Source: an uncultured Nitrososphaerota archaeon (GTDB taxonomy: Archaea > Korarchaeota > Korarchaeia > Korarchaeales > Korarchaeaceae). From it: DNA of 32,000 nucleotides. The DNA lies in contig CAYZRF010000003.1 in assembly GCA_964480775.1 (NCBI GenBank), positions 1 to 32,000 on the forward strand. Direction: 5' to 3'. The notes beneath the pieces were generated by a model, which saw only the letters and a program-made list of their open reading frames with translations, did no database searches and was not told the origin of the DNA. Of this stretch, positions 9,594-18,766 are shown one piece after another. Both the position numbers and the translations under genes were made by a program. How positions within the stretch are numbered: the first letter of the stretch is position 1; each line of letters starts with the position of its first letter.

Positions 9594-12500
9594 ATGAGGA
9601 TAAACAAAAACATAGTAGTGATTGCATTCTCTTTAATTTTCCTCGTCTCACTGATCGCTTTTCCAGTTTTATATTTCAAGTATTATATCCCCCTGTTAGA
9701 CAAGATATACGACTTAGAAAGAAACCTTCTTGTCCTGGATGGGGGAGTAAAATACAAAGATTATACTCTATTATTTTGGAAGTTTAGAATACCTTATTCT
9801 GATGGTCTGTTTTACAGAAACATAATAGTAAGCTTTTACGGAACAATATTCAACGCGTTAAAGTCAATTCCTCTTGATCCAGGGATAGTAATCTTTGGAG
9901 CATTTTTGTTGAGAACGAAAAGCTTCCTATTAGCCGCTTTATCTTTAATCGTATGGGCAATCTTTAGCCATTATGGTCTCCTGAGATTAAGAGACAAATT
10001 AGCTAATAGGGGCAGAGGGAACATAGCAACAATTTTAGACCTACTAATTTGGAGGTATTCGCTTATCTGGTTTGGCATTATGGTAGTGTACAACACACTT
10101 AAGAGAAAGCCCAAAGAAAAGTGGGATATAAGATCGTGGCACGCTCCTCCTTTGTTCTATTACTCCTTGGTTTTCGCAATACTCTTCTTTTCTTTACTAA
10201 GGGGGGCAGTGGGTGTTATTTCAGCGGCTTCAGCCACACCTCCAGGGCAATTACCCAATCTGGAAGAGGGGATGTTCTTATACGCGTATTCACATGGATA
10301 TGACTTTAACTTCACTATGGACACAGCTAAGAAACTATACGTCATGCATTTGACAAACTTTGACGAATACCATAGGCTGGGATATGTCGCTGGAATAATA
10401 AAAGGAGCCATACCCTTTCTGTCTCTCGCGTACCCTGCATTGAGCGGATTGTTTTGGAGAATAATAGGAACGTTTTTCTTATGGCTTGCCTTTCTAGCTG
10501 TTCTTCCTGGACCCAGAGAAATAAATAGCTTAAAGCGATACAGGCTGGGACCTAGGCTTGCGGCTTTTGCTGTTTTAATTCAAGGCTTTAGAACCCTGAG
10601 GTTGTATTGGGGCCTGGTATTCTCTAACATGCTTGTTGGATATGGTCCCAACAGCCTCGATTTGGCTGAGACATTTGTAACACCGATTTGGAACCAATTT
10701 AAACTAAAGATCAATTGGTTTTGGTGGCTTGCAGCAATTATTATGGTGATCTACGTTGCTTTGCCACAAAGAGTGGACCTTGCAATATTCCAGAAGTTAT
10801 TTCCACTTAGTTCATGGCTAAAGAGAAGGCTTGGCAAGGAGGATTTCAAACAAATAGCCTCTTCAATATCTGAGGCTACTGTCGCCCTTGCTTTGCTGGT
10901 GCTGATGATAGCTCTAATTTCTGGTTACACGAACTTTTTCTTCAAACCAAATGTGGTCACGCCCGTTCAAGAGGATCTACAGGCCCACCCTCAGAGACTC
11001 AAGCCACTTTGGGATGTAATAAGAGACGTAAACAGATTCGTCTATGATCTGGAGAGCATAGAGTACTCTTGGGTATCAACTGAGTTCGAAAATCCTAGTA
11101 CAGAATGGATAGATTCTAACAAGTATTTGTTTGATGTAATGAGGGTGATAGACAAGGAAAGAGCATATCTTATATCGCGAAAAGAGATTGGACAAAGACC
11201 TTATGTGGTAATTCCCGATCCAGACAACCCATATACAATGAGAGAAGCAGATGCTGATTTCATAGTACTCAACATAGGAGGCAAAGAGGTTCCTCTATGG
11301 GTTGTAGAAGTTCCATTGAAGTACGGGTCTCCAGTGACCGATGATTTCTTCAGAATGAGGCAGTATTATACGCATAGCGATGTAGGATTTGTAACGATAG
11401 TGGCTGGAGAAGAAAATGTTACTGAAGCTGTGCAGGTTTTCAAGGAAAAGAGAATGTATTTTGGTGCCTCTAGAGCTTATGATGAGATAAAATGGGTGTG
11501 TAAAGTCAAAGGAGAGGAGATCTCTGAGGTTGGAAACGTATCTTACGATGGAAAAGGGATTGTTTGGATTTCAGCCCCTAAAATCTACTTTTTCGACCAT
11601 AGATATGCTGACATACTACTTGATTCAGGTCCAAGAGCCCTCCGAAAAACTAACTCAGTATTCTATTGGAGATTCAAAGGATATGAAAGGAAAAACCTGA
11701 CAATAGGGCTTATCCTTTACCGATCACTGCCCGAGAGATTCAACTATTACCTCATGCCTCTGGACAAGACGAACTACGATGAGTATCCTCTGCCTTTTGA
11801 TAATAGAACTGTGTATCTCATGTGGGGAGCCAAGTTTTTCAGCACGAGGAACATCCCCTTTGCAATAGAATGGAAAGTTCCAGAAGATGTGGCTCCCCTA
11901 ATTGATTATCCTGAACAAAGAGGAGGTGGCAGACTCGTTGCTTTGGCGCTTGGAGACATATACGACGGAAAAGTTGATATTTACCTTCCATTCAACGACT
12001 TCTTGAGCAATTACTTCAGGGCAGTTTATGGAGATCTAGTAAAAGCAGACTTTCCTGAAGAGCTGAAAAAGGGAGGCTTGAGGTATCCAGAAAAATACTT
12101 TCTTTACAGGCAGTATTTCGATTGGTACCTGCATGTTGAGGACGTTTCAACCTTTAGGAGTGGTGAAGACTTCTTCAGGCTCCATACCGCACCAGAAGGT
12201 CCAATTACCGAGCTTAGATATGTGATATATCCTGAAGGGTTTGTGGGCATATATCCAGTTGGAGTCATGGGAGCAAAAGGCCCAAACATAGGAGCTCTTT
12301 ACGTGGTTAACAACGAGTTTGAAAACTTTGGAAATGTCAGATGCTATAGATTTCCGATTAAAGACTCTCCGTTTCTGTTCTTTTCTCCGAGCAAGGCAAA
12401 GAGCAATATCTTGTCTTTACCAGAAATAGAGCAATACATCAGACTCAAGAACCCAATAATAGGGCAGATCATCCTTTACAAGTTGAATGGAGGTTACTGG

Positions 12501-12839
12501 ATGTACGTCCTTCCCTTTTACAGAGTTGGTGCGGGGGGTGTTGTACAAATAGTTAGAGTCTCGGTCCTCTTCGCACACTATCCTGTTGGAAGAGAAGTCG
12601 AATTTTATGTTGGTTGGGGTGAAAACATAGAAGAAGCTGTACTTACAGCATCGGCAAGGATGATGGGGATAGAAATGCCCGAAAACATTACGGAAATCGT
12701 GGACATAAAAGCTTTGGTGGAGGAGTTCTATAAGTATAAGGAGCAGGGTGACTTTATCAACGCCTGGAAGGTTGCTGAGAAGATAATGGAAATCCTAAGA
12801 GAGGCTGAGAGCGTGGAAATCAGAGGAAGGGGTGGGTAA
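9594..12839 (+). CDS. UPF0182 (COG1615)-like large membrane protein
   Basis: 1081 aa. The N-terminal third is polytopic. The C-terminal region follows the UPF0182 pattern as I remember it: YPEKYFLYRQYFDWYLHVEDVSTFRSGEDFF (compare YPEDLF..Q....YHVTDP..FY..D.W), then ..YRFP.., then IILYKLNGGYWMYVLPFY....VVQIVRVSV. Confidence 0.6.
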   Translation: MRINKNIVVIAFSLIFLVSLIAFPVLYFKYYIPLLDKIYDLERNLLVLDGGVKYKDYTLLFWKFRIPYSDGLFYRNIIVSFYGTIFNALKSIPLDPGIVIFGAFLLRTKSFLLAALSLIVWAIFSHYGLLRLRDKLANRGRGNIATILDLLIWRYSLIWFGIMVVYNTLKRKPKEKWDIRSWHAPPLFYYSLVFAILFFSLLRGAVGVISAASATPPGQLPNLEEGMFLYAYSHGYDFNFTMDTAKKLYVMHLTNFDEYHRLGYVAGIIKGAIPFLSLAYPALSGLFWRIIGTFFLWLAFLAVLPGPREINSLKRYRLGPRLAAFAVLIQGFRTLRLYWGLVFSNMLVGYGPNSLDLAETFVTPIWNQFKLKINWFWWLAAIIMVIYVALPQRVDLAIFQKLFPLSSWLKRRLGKEDFKQIASSISEATVALALLVLMIALISGYTNFFFKPNVVTPVQEDLQAHPQRLKPLWDVIRDVNRFVYDLESIEYSWVSTEFENPSTEWIDSNKYLFDVMRVIDKERAYLISRKEIGQRPYVVIPDPDNPYTMREADADFIVLNIGGKEVPLWVVEVPLKYGSPVTDDFFRMRQYYTHSDVGFVTIVAGEENVTEAVQVFKEKRMYFGASRAYDEIKWVCKVKGEEISEVGNVSYDGKGIVWISAPKIYFFDHRYADILLDSGPRALRKTNSVFYWRFKGYERKNLTIGLILYRSLPERFNYYLMPLDKTNYDEYPLPFDNRTVYLMWGAKFFSTRNIPFAIEWKVPEDVAPLIDYPEQRGGGRLVALALGDIYDGKVDIYLPFNDFLSNYFRAVYGDLVKADFPEELKKGGLRYPEKYFLYRQYFDWYLHVEDVSTFRSGEDFFRLHTAPEGPITELRYVIYPEGFVGIYPVGVMGAKGPNIGALYVVNNEFENFGNVRCYRFPIKDSPFLFFSPSKAKSNILSLPEIEQYIRLKNPIIGQIILYKLNGGYWMYVLPFYRVGAGGVVQIVRVSVLFAHYPVGREVEFYVGWGENIEEAVLTASARMMGIEMPENITEIVDIKALVEEFYKYKEQGDFINAWKVAEKIMEILREAESVEIRGRGG

Positions 12840-13092
12840 GTTGTCTGGAAAATATATGATGGCTTTGATTATCTTGGGCGTCTTACTAGGTGTAGCTTTC
12901 TCTATATTCGCCATTTTTGTCCTCAGAGACGCCATGTTTTATGCCGCTCTCATGGAAGGTCTTGAGTTGCCCAAAGAATTCGTCTTCATTAGTCCTGTGT
13001 TAAGACTGGCACCAGAAATAACTCTGATTTCGTTTCTTTTGGTCTTGGTGTCTATATTTCTGAAAGCAAAAGAAACAAAATCAAAAGAATAG
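12832..13092 (+). CDS. Small two-TM membrane protein coupled to the UPF0182 gene
   Basis: The track start GTG 12832 overlaps the upstream stop. The start is more likely TTG 12841 (4 nt after GGGGTGGG and just after TAA 12837-12839) or ATG 12856. Two hydrophobic helices and a Lys-rich tail. Confidence 0.5.
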   Translation: MGKLSGKYMMALIILGVLLGVAFSIFAIFVLRDAMFYAALMEGLELPKEFVFISPVLRLAPEITLISFLLVLVSIFLKAKETKSKE

Positions 13093-13229
13093 ATGACCGC
13101 CTAAATCTTCCTAATCAATCGTATGGCATAGAAAAAGCTACACGTCCCAAGGACGGACACATCTCCATTTTCTTTTGCCATAATCGTTGTTTGGCATTAT
13201 TCCATTGGAATTCATGAAAATTTTATATT

Positions 13230-15011
13230 TTGGATTATCTGAGGCCTGTTTTAGGTGTATGCTTAGTGAGAAACGCCCGCTTCAGTTTACTAGCGTTTAT
13301 AATAGCCATATTTCTGTTTTATTCCCACTTCTCTACATTCATAGGGGCACAAGGTGGCAACACCTACTATGTATCACCAACAGGAAGTAACTCAAACCCT
13401 GGTACTAGGGATAAACCATGGGCTACGCCCGGATATGCATCAAGACAACTGAAACCTGGAGACACCCTGATAATCTTGGGAGGAAAATATACGTTAAGTC
13501 AGTACGACGATGACATAATAATCCCGCCATCAGGAACTGCCAACGCTTGGATAACAATTAAGGGAGAGGAGGGAAACAGGCCAGTCCTTGCTGGGAGCGA
13601 GAACCTTATAACAGCCATAGACCTCTCTGGCAAGAGCTACATAAGAATAGAGAACCTTGAAATAACGAGTGATAATGGTGCTTTGTTTAGAGACGGCATA
13701 GAAGCGCTTGGTGGACCTGTAAATCACGTGATACTAAAAGATCTGTACATCCATCACGTAGATGAGTTTGGAATAAACATTGCTGACGCAAACGATCTCC
13801 AGATAATCAACTGCTCCATCACATACTGTGGCTTTGGTTCGATAGGAGGGCCCGGTGGCCAGCAAGGAGGTTGGAGAAATGTTATCATTAGAGGGTGCTA
13901 TCTAGCTTATGCTGGCCATTATTACCAAGGAGGACCAGGTCCTGGACCTTACGACAGACCAGATGGCTTTGGGATAGAGCCATCCTTGGGACCAATCGAG
14001 ATATCCTATTGCTTGGTAGAACACAATAGAGGGGACGGAATCGACTCGAAGGCAGAAAACACTCATGTTTACAACTGTATAATTGCTAATAACTTTGCAG
14101 ACGGAGTGAAGCTATGGGGAGACGGTAGCAAGATAGAAAACTCTCTTATATACGGTAGAGGAGATGGAGACACACAAACTACTCCTTGGTCCCCAATAGT
14201 CATCAGTACAGAAAAGGAAAACGCAAGGTTTGAGATTTCAAGCGTAACTGTTGACGATTTTGTGGGAAATAACTACCTAATGCATGTTCAATACGATTTT
14301 CCGACGACATCGATAACTCTTGTAGTCAGGAACACTATATTCTGTGGTAGAGGACCAGAATCTCCGATCTTCATAGCTGGTTCCGTTAAGCTCACTATGG
14401 AACACAATTTATTCTACATGCCGAACAGCGCTTTTGTCTTGGTTTACGGAGACAAAACCTATGATTCATCTCAGATCGAACAGCTAGGAGCTGGGAACAT
14501 ATATGGGGATCCACTCTTTGTCTCTCCCGCCTTTGGAACTCAAGGAGACTACCACTTACAGGCCGGAAGTCCTGCTATAGATGCTGGCACATCTAACGAA
14601 GTTCCGAACTTCGATTTAGATGGGGGAAAGAGGCCCGTTGGATCGGGGTATGACATAGGAGCCTACGAGTACGGCTCCACACCTGGTGAGATAAAGCCCC
14701 CTTTAACGACCTTCCCTCCAAGCCCGACTCCAACCGGAGGACCAAGCCTATCACCAACTCCAACCAGAGGTCCTACATCAGAACCGCAGCCCTCTGGAAA
14801 AAGATCGATGTTGTTCGGCTTAGTTGCTGCAATTGTCATAATCGCTATCCTAACATCAGTCTTTATGATTAAAAGAGGTCCAACCAGGCAAAGAGAAATT
14901 TCTAGGGTCGATGAGAGAATAAGAAAACTCGATGAGGCGCTAAGAGAGGGCAGAATAAGTGAAGAAACTTATTGGGAGCTAAGAAAGAAATACGAAAAAG
15001 AAAAGAAGTAG
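13230..15011 (+). CDS. Right-handed parallel beta-helix (pectate-lyase-fold) surface protein with PT linker, TM anchor and cytoplasmic SHOCT-like tail
   Basis: After the signal peptide comes YYVSPTGSNSNPGTRDKPWAT, an entry typical of DUF1565/beta-helix proteins. Repetitive I/V-x-N/D-x rungs follow, with GYDIGAYEY near the end of the ectodomain. Then come PSPTPTGGPSLSPTPTRGPTSEPQP, the TM LFGLVAAIVIIAILTSVFMI, and RIRKLDEALREGRISEETYWELRKKYEKEKK. An in-frame GTG at 13266 would give a cleaner signal peptide (MRNARFSLLAFIIAIFLF). Confidence 0.75.
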   Translation: MDYLRPVLGVCLVRNARFSLLAFIIAIFLFYSHFSTFIGAQGGNTYYVSPTGSNSNPGTRDKPWATPGYASRQLKPGDTLIILGGKYTLSQYDDDIIIPPSGTANAWITIKGEEGNRPVLAGSENLITAIDLSGKSYIRIENLEITSDNGALFRDGIEALGGPVNHVILKDLYIHHVDEFGINIADANDLQIINCSITYCGFGSIGGPGGQQGGWRNVIIRGCYLAYAGHYYQGGPGPGPYDRPDGFGIEPSLGPIEISYCLVEHNRGDGIDSKAENTHVYNCIIANNFADGVKLWGDGSKIENSLIYGRGDGDTQTTPWSPIVISTEKENARFEISSVTVDDFVGNNYLMHVQYDFPTTSITLVVRNTIFCGRGPESPIFIAGSVKLTMEHNLFYMPNSAFVLVYGDKTYDSSQIEQLGAGNIYGDPLFVSPAFGTQGDYHLQAGSPAIDAGTSNEVPNFDLDGGKRPVGSGYDIGAYEYGSTPGEIKPPLTTFPPSPTPTGGPSLSPTPTRGPTSEPQPSGKRSMLFGLVAAIVIIAILTSVFMIKRGPTRQREISRVDERIRKLDEALREGRISEETYWELRKKYEKEKK

Positions 15012-15026
15012 TGCCCACATACTCCA

Positions 15027-15045
15027 TTTTTACTTTTTTCATTTT
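15027..15045 (+). terminator. Oligo-T tract, candidate archaeal terminator after the beta-helix gene
   Basis: TTTTT, TTTTTT and TTTT runs lie within 20 nt, about 15 nt after the TAG. Confidence 0.3.
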
Positions 15046-15070
15046 CTGGTAATCGTGTTCCTGAAAGACC

Positions 15071-16063
15071 TTGAAATCAGCTTATGAGTTCTCTCTATAC
15101 GGTCTCGACTCTTCACTTGTGAAAGAGTATTCTCTTAAGCCCTCTGCATTTTTGAAGACCTATGGTTTTTCTTCAGTTTTTGTAAAGGAGGATGAGAACC
15201 TTATCAGAGAACTTAAAGAAGCAGAAATCTCTGTATACGTAGAAGTACCGCTGTTTGTTGGCGATCAGCTCTGGAAAAAATTCCCAAGAAGCAGACCGAT
15301 CACTGAGGAAGGTGCTCCTCTCCAAAAGATAGGCTGGTACGCCGGAGTCAATCCCTCTATCCCAGAAGTGAGAGAGTTCTGTTTGGAAAAAGTAAGAAAG
15401 GTAGCCCTTCTTCCTATAAATGGTGTTTGGCTAGACTTCATCAGATGGCCGTGTAAATGGGAGTCTCCATCCCCAAGACTGGTTCAGACATCATTTGACG
15501 ACCTAACAATCGAACTTTTCTCAAGAGATACGGGAATCGAGGTTCCTCTTGCAAACCCAAAGGAGAGGGCTGAATTTATAATCAAAAATCATCTTGAGGA
15601 GTGGACCAATTGGAAATGCTTTCAGATCACTTCTTTTGTTAAAGAAGCTAGGAAAATCATTGGAAGGAATAAGAAACTTGGAATCTTCCTTGTACCTTGG
15701 CGGTTTGAGGACTATGGAGGGGCCATCAGGTCTATTGTTGGACAAGACATCGAAAAGCTCAAGGAATACACAGATGTCTTCTCTCCGATGGTGTACCACG
15801 CCATGTGTGGTAAAACAGTCGAGTGGATATCTGAAATAACTTCTTGGGTATGGAACAGAACTGGCAAGAAAGTTCTTCCCATTATACAAGTAGCTGACTT
15901 GCCTAGGCCTTTAAGCGAGGCCGAGATAGATCTGGCATTAAGCGCAGCCATAGGCGCTAAAGGATCTTCAGGAGTCATAATATTCTCAATGCACCACCTA
16001 AACAAGAAAAAGCTAGGAGTTATTGCAAGGAAAACAAGTAGTCGCCTCGATACAACCCTCTAA
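15071..16063 (+). CDS. Hypothetical cytoplasmic protein, possibly a glycoside-hydrolase-like TIM barrel
   Basis: 330 aa, TTG start, no signal peptide. NGVWLDFIRWP and an alternating beta/alpha pattern recall GHL-type putative glycosidases. The assignment is weak. Confidence 0.35.
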   Translation: MKSAYEFSLYGLDSSLVKEYSLKPSAFLKTYGFSSVFVKEDENLIRELKEAEISVYVEVPLFVGDQLWKKFPRSRPITEEGAPLQKIGWYAGVNPSIPEVREFCLEKVRKVALLPINGVWLDFIRWPCKWESPSPRLVQTSFDDLTIELFSRDTGIEVPLANPKERAEFIIKNHLEEWTNWKCFQITSFVKEARKIIGRNKKLGIFLVPWRFEDYGGAIRSIVGQDIEKLKEYTDVFSPMVYHAMCGKTVEWISEITSWVWNRTGKKVLPIIQVADLPRPLSEAEIDLALSAAIGAKGSSGVIIFSMHHLNKKKLGVIARKTSSRLDTTL

Positions 16064-16264
16064 CTATTTCTTTTTTCCAACGTATTCGACCTTAATCGCT
16101 CCAAACTCGCAGCTCTTGACACAATCTTCGCATCCATGACAGCTCTCGAGATCCGTAGGATAGGGAGTATCGTCTATGAGCTCCAGAACACTCATTGAAC
16201 AGGCTTTAACACAGTCTCCACATCCTCTGCAGATTTCATAATCTATTGTAACTCGATAGAGCAT
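16064..16264 (-). CDS. 2x[4Fe-4S] ferredoxin
   Basis: Two C-x2-C-x2-C-x3-C motifs (CRGCGDCVKAC and CHGCEDCVKSC) in 66 aa. GGGAGGTGG lies just upstream of the ATG. Confidence 0.85.
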   Translation of the reverse strand: MLYRVTIDYEICRGCGDCVKACSMSVLELIDDTPYPTDLESCHGCEDCVKSCEFGAIKVEYVGKKK

Positions 16265-16427
16265 CCACCTCCCACTTCAATCATCAATTAAAAGCCTATC
16301 TTCTACCTGTTGAAGTCCAGTAAGAGTAATGTGTTTTGAGCAAAAACTGATAAAACATAAAGGAGATCGGGTAAGATTCTTCGTAAGATCATCAAAGTAT
16401 TAAGTAATACCGAATTCGTTCAAGCGA

Positions 16428-16874
16428 ATGTGGATAGGTCACATATTATCAGCCCTCTTCATAGCATCCTTCTCCTTTACGAAGGAAAACTTAGCTATAG
16501 CTCTTTTTTTCAATTGGTTACCCAACGTTGATGCACTCCTCGTGAAAGCAGGTGTAAAGCCAAAGGATTTTCACGATGGTCCTACTCACAGCTTTTTGTT
16601 TGCTTTGGTCGTAGGGCTGCCTTTAGTCTTTCTTAGCATAGAGAAGGGAATTATCTCGTTTATTTCAATTTTAGCGCATTTACTGTGTGATTTTCCGACT
16701 GACAAGGGAATACCCCTTCTATACCCAATGAAAAGGAGGTTTTCACTAAACTTATGGAAGGAAACCGGGTTTCTTGGGATAAAGAGCGTATACGGCTTTT
16801 ACAGGCAAAAGTCTGCGCTATTAACTGAGGCATTTCTTCTAGCTCTCCTGATTATCAGGATACCCTCTTTGTGA
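16428..16874 (+). CDS. Membrane-bound metal-dependent hydrolase, YdjM/DUF457-like
   Basis: N-terminal MWIGH, conserved His/Asp positions (DGPTHS, AHLLCD), and 4 hydrophobic helices in 148 aa. Confidence 0.6.
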   Translation: MWIGHILSALFIASFSFTKENLAIALFFNWLPNVDALLVKAGVKPKDFHDGPTHSFLFALVVGLPLVFLSIEKGIISFISILAHLLCDFPTDKGIPLLYPMKRRFSLNLWKETGFLGIKSVYGFYRQKSALLTEAFLLALLIIRIPSL

Positions 16875-16934
16875 CCGATTATCCTCTTTAGGTTAAAGAT
16901 ATAGAATATATCCTCAAGATCTGAGCGATGAATC

Positions 16935-18728
16935 ATGTCAAAAAGAAGGAGTAGACTGTGGGAGGTAGAGAGATCCCTTGTAGATGTGGCGATGGGGAGG
17001 GCCAAGGCAGATCTTGTCATAAAAAGGGGTACTCTTGTGAACGTCTTCACAAAGGAGCTGATTGAAGAGGTTGATATTGCCATAAAATGCGACAGAATAG
17101 CGTTAGTAGGGAAGGCCGACCATACAATAGGCCCCAGAACTCTAGTAATAGATGCTAAGGGCAAATATCTCTCTCCTGGCTTCTTGGACGGTCACGTACA
17201 CATAGAAAGCAGCATGGTGACGGTAACTCAGTTTGCCAGGGCTGTTCTACCACGCGGGACTACCGCAGTTTTCATAGATCCTCACGAAATTGCCAATGTT
17301 TTAGGGTTGAAGGGAGTAAAACTCATGCTAGAGGAGGCTAAGGGGCTCCCTATGAAGGTTTACGTTTCTGTTCCTTCTTGCGTTCCTGCATCATTTCCGG
17401 AATTCGAGACGGCTGGAGCAGAAATAGGGCCTGCTGAAGTCGAGGAAGCAATGGGATGGGAGGGAGTGGTGGCTTTAGGAGAGGTGATGAACTATCCAGG
17501 CGTCATATATGGAGATGAGAAGATGCACAGAGAGATACAAGTATCACTAAAACATGGAAAAGTAGTTGAGGGTCATTGGGCGGGTCCGATTGGATCAGAG
17601 CTCTCGGCTTACGCTGCATCTGGAGTTAGCTCGAGTCATGAGTCAACAACAAAGGAGATGGGTCTTGCCAAGGCTAGATTAGGTATGTACACGATGGTTA
17701 GGGAAGGATCTGCTTGGAAAGACTTAGCTGATGTGATAAAGATCATTACAGAGGAAAGGATTGATGCTAGAAGGGTCTGCCTGGTTACGGATGACCGGCA
17801 TCCAGAGGATCTGATATCCGAAGGACACATTGATCACATAATCAGGAGAGCAATTGAGGAAGGCGTGGATCCGATTACTGCCATTCAGATGGCAACTATA
17901 AACATAGCTGAACATTTCAATCAAGATCAGGATATAGGATCGGTATCACCTGGAAAATTCGGTGATGTCCTAATCCTAGATGACTTGAAGAGCGTGGAAA
18001 TAAGCGTTGTTATCGCTGATGGCAAAGTTGTGGCCAAGAAGGGCAAGTTGATCGAGGAGCTTAGGCCACCAACTTATCCTAGCTTCGCAAAGAACACTGT
18101 GAGGGTTAAGAAAAGACCAACCCCGCCTGACTTAGAGATAAGAGTTCCCATCGATGAAGGATCAGTCAAAGTTCACGTGATTGGGGTTCTCGAAGGGAAG
18201 GTTAACACGAAGCATTTAGTTGAGGAGCTAGAGGTAAGGGAGGGTAAAATAATTCCAGATCCAGAGAGAGATCTAGCAAAAGTTGCCGTCATAGAGAGGC
18301 ATAAACTAACTGGTAACATAGGAAAGGGCTTTGTTAAGGGATTTGGATTCAAGAAAGGAGCTGTTGCGTCTACCGTTGCTCACGATAGTCACAATCTCCT
18401 TGTCGTGGGTACGAATGACAAGGATATGGCTGTGGCAGCTAACAAGCTCATAGATGTAGGTGGTGGGATGATAGCCGTTTTTAAGGGAAGTATCTTGGGC
18501 TTGGTTGAACTTCCAATAGCTGGGATAATGTCCGACCAGCCCATAGAGGACGTAGCTGAAAAAGTTGAGAAATTGGAAAAGGCATGGAGGGAACTTGGCT
18601 GCGAGATGGCATCTCCTTTCATGACAATGTCTCTTTTGGCACTTTCTGTTTTGCCTGAATTAAGAATTACTGATAAGGGTTTGATAGATACTATCAAGTT
18701 TAAGAAAATAGATCTTGTAGCTGATTAG
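16935..18728 (+). CDS. ade: Adenine deaminase
   Basis: 597 aa. LVIKRGTLVNVFT..., PGFLDGHVHIESSM (His-x-His), and HES/HD motifs with the two-domain length characteristic of Ade. Confidence 0.88.
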   Translation: MSKRRSRLWEVERSLVDVAMGRAKADLVIKRGTLVNVFTKELIEEVDIAIKCDRIALVGKADHTIGPRTLVIDAKGKYLSPGFLDGHVHIESSMVTVTQFARAVLPRGTTAVFIDPHEIANVLGLKGVKLMLEEAKGLPMKVYVSVPSCVPASFPEFETAGAEIGPAEVEEAMGWEGVVALGEVMNYPGVIYGDEKMHREIQVSLKHGKVVEGHWAGPIGSELSAYAASGVSSSHESTTKEMGLAKARLGMYTMVREGSAWKDLADVIKIITEERIDARRVCLVTDDRHPEDLISEGHIDHIIRRAIEEGVDPITAIQMATINIAEHFNQDQDIGSVSPGKFGDVLILDDLKSVEISVVIADGKVVAKKGKLIEELRPPTYPSFAKNTVRVKKRPTPPDLEIRVPIDEGSVKVHVIGVLEGKVNTKHLVEELEVREGKIIPDPERDLAKVAVIERHKLTGNIGKGFVKGFGFKKGAVASTVAHDSHNLLVVGTNDKDMAVAANKLIDVGGGMIAVFKGSILGLVELPIAGIMSDQPIEDVAEKVEKLEKAWRELGCEMASPFMTMSLLALSVLPELRITDKGLIDTIKFKKIDLVAD

Positions 18729-18766
18729 ACTTGTTCACAAGAACTCGTTAAAAGGAGGGAGAGGGG

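Noticed and set aside
9493-9597. 34-codon upstream ORF whose TGA overlaps the UPF0182 ATG (ATGA)
   Set aside because: It has no SD. A TATA-like TTTAAAAAG lies inside it and more plausibly serves as the promoter of the large gene. The peptide is unremarkable, so this is likely chance.
9587-9787. Alternative ATG 9587 giving a 66-aa ORF
   Set aside because: It is out of frame with the 1081-aa ORF. The ATG at 9594 yields a typical signal-anchor N-terminus.
16799-17164. 121-aa minus-strand ORF spanning the YdjM/ade junction
   Set aside because: It is antisense to two genes with good family support, and it has no SD or motif.
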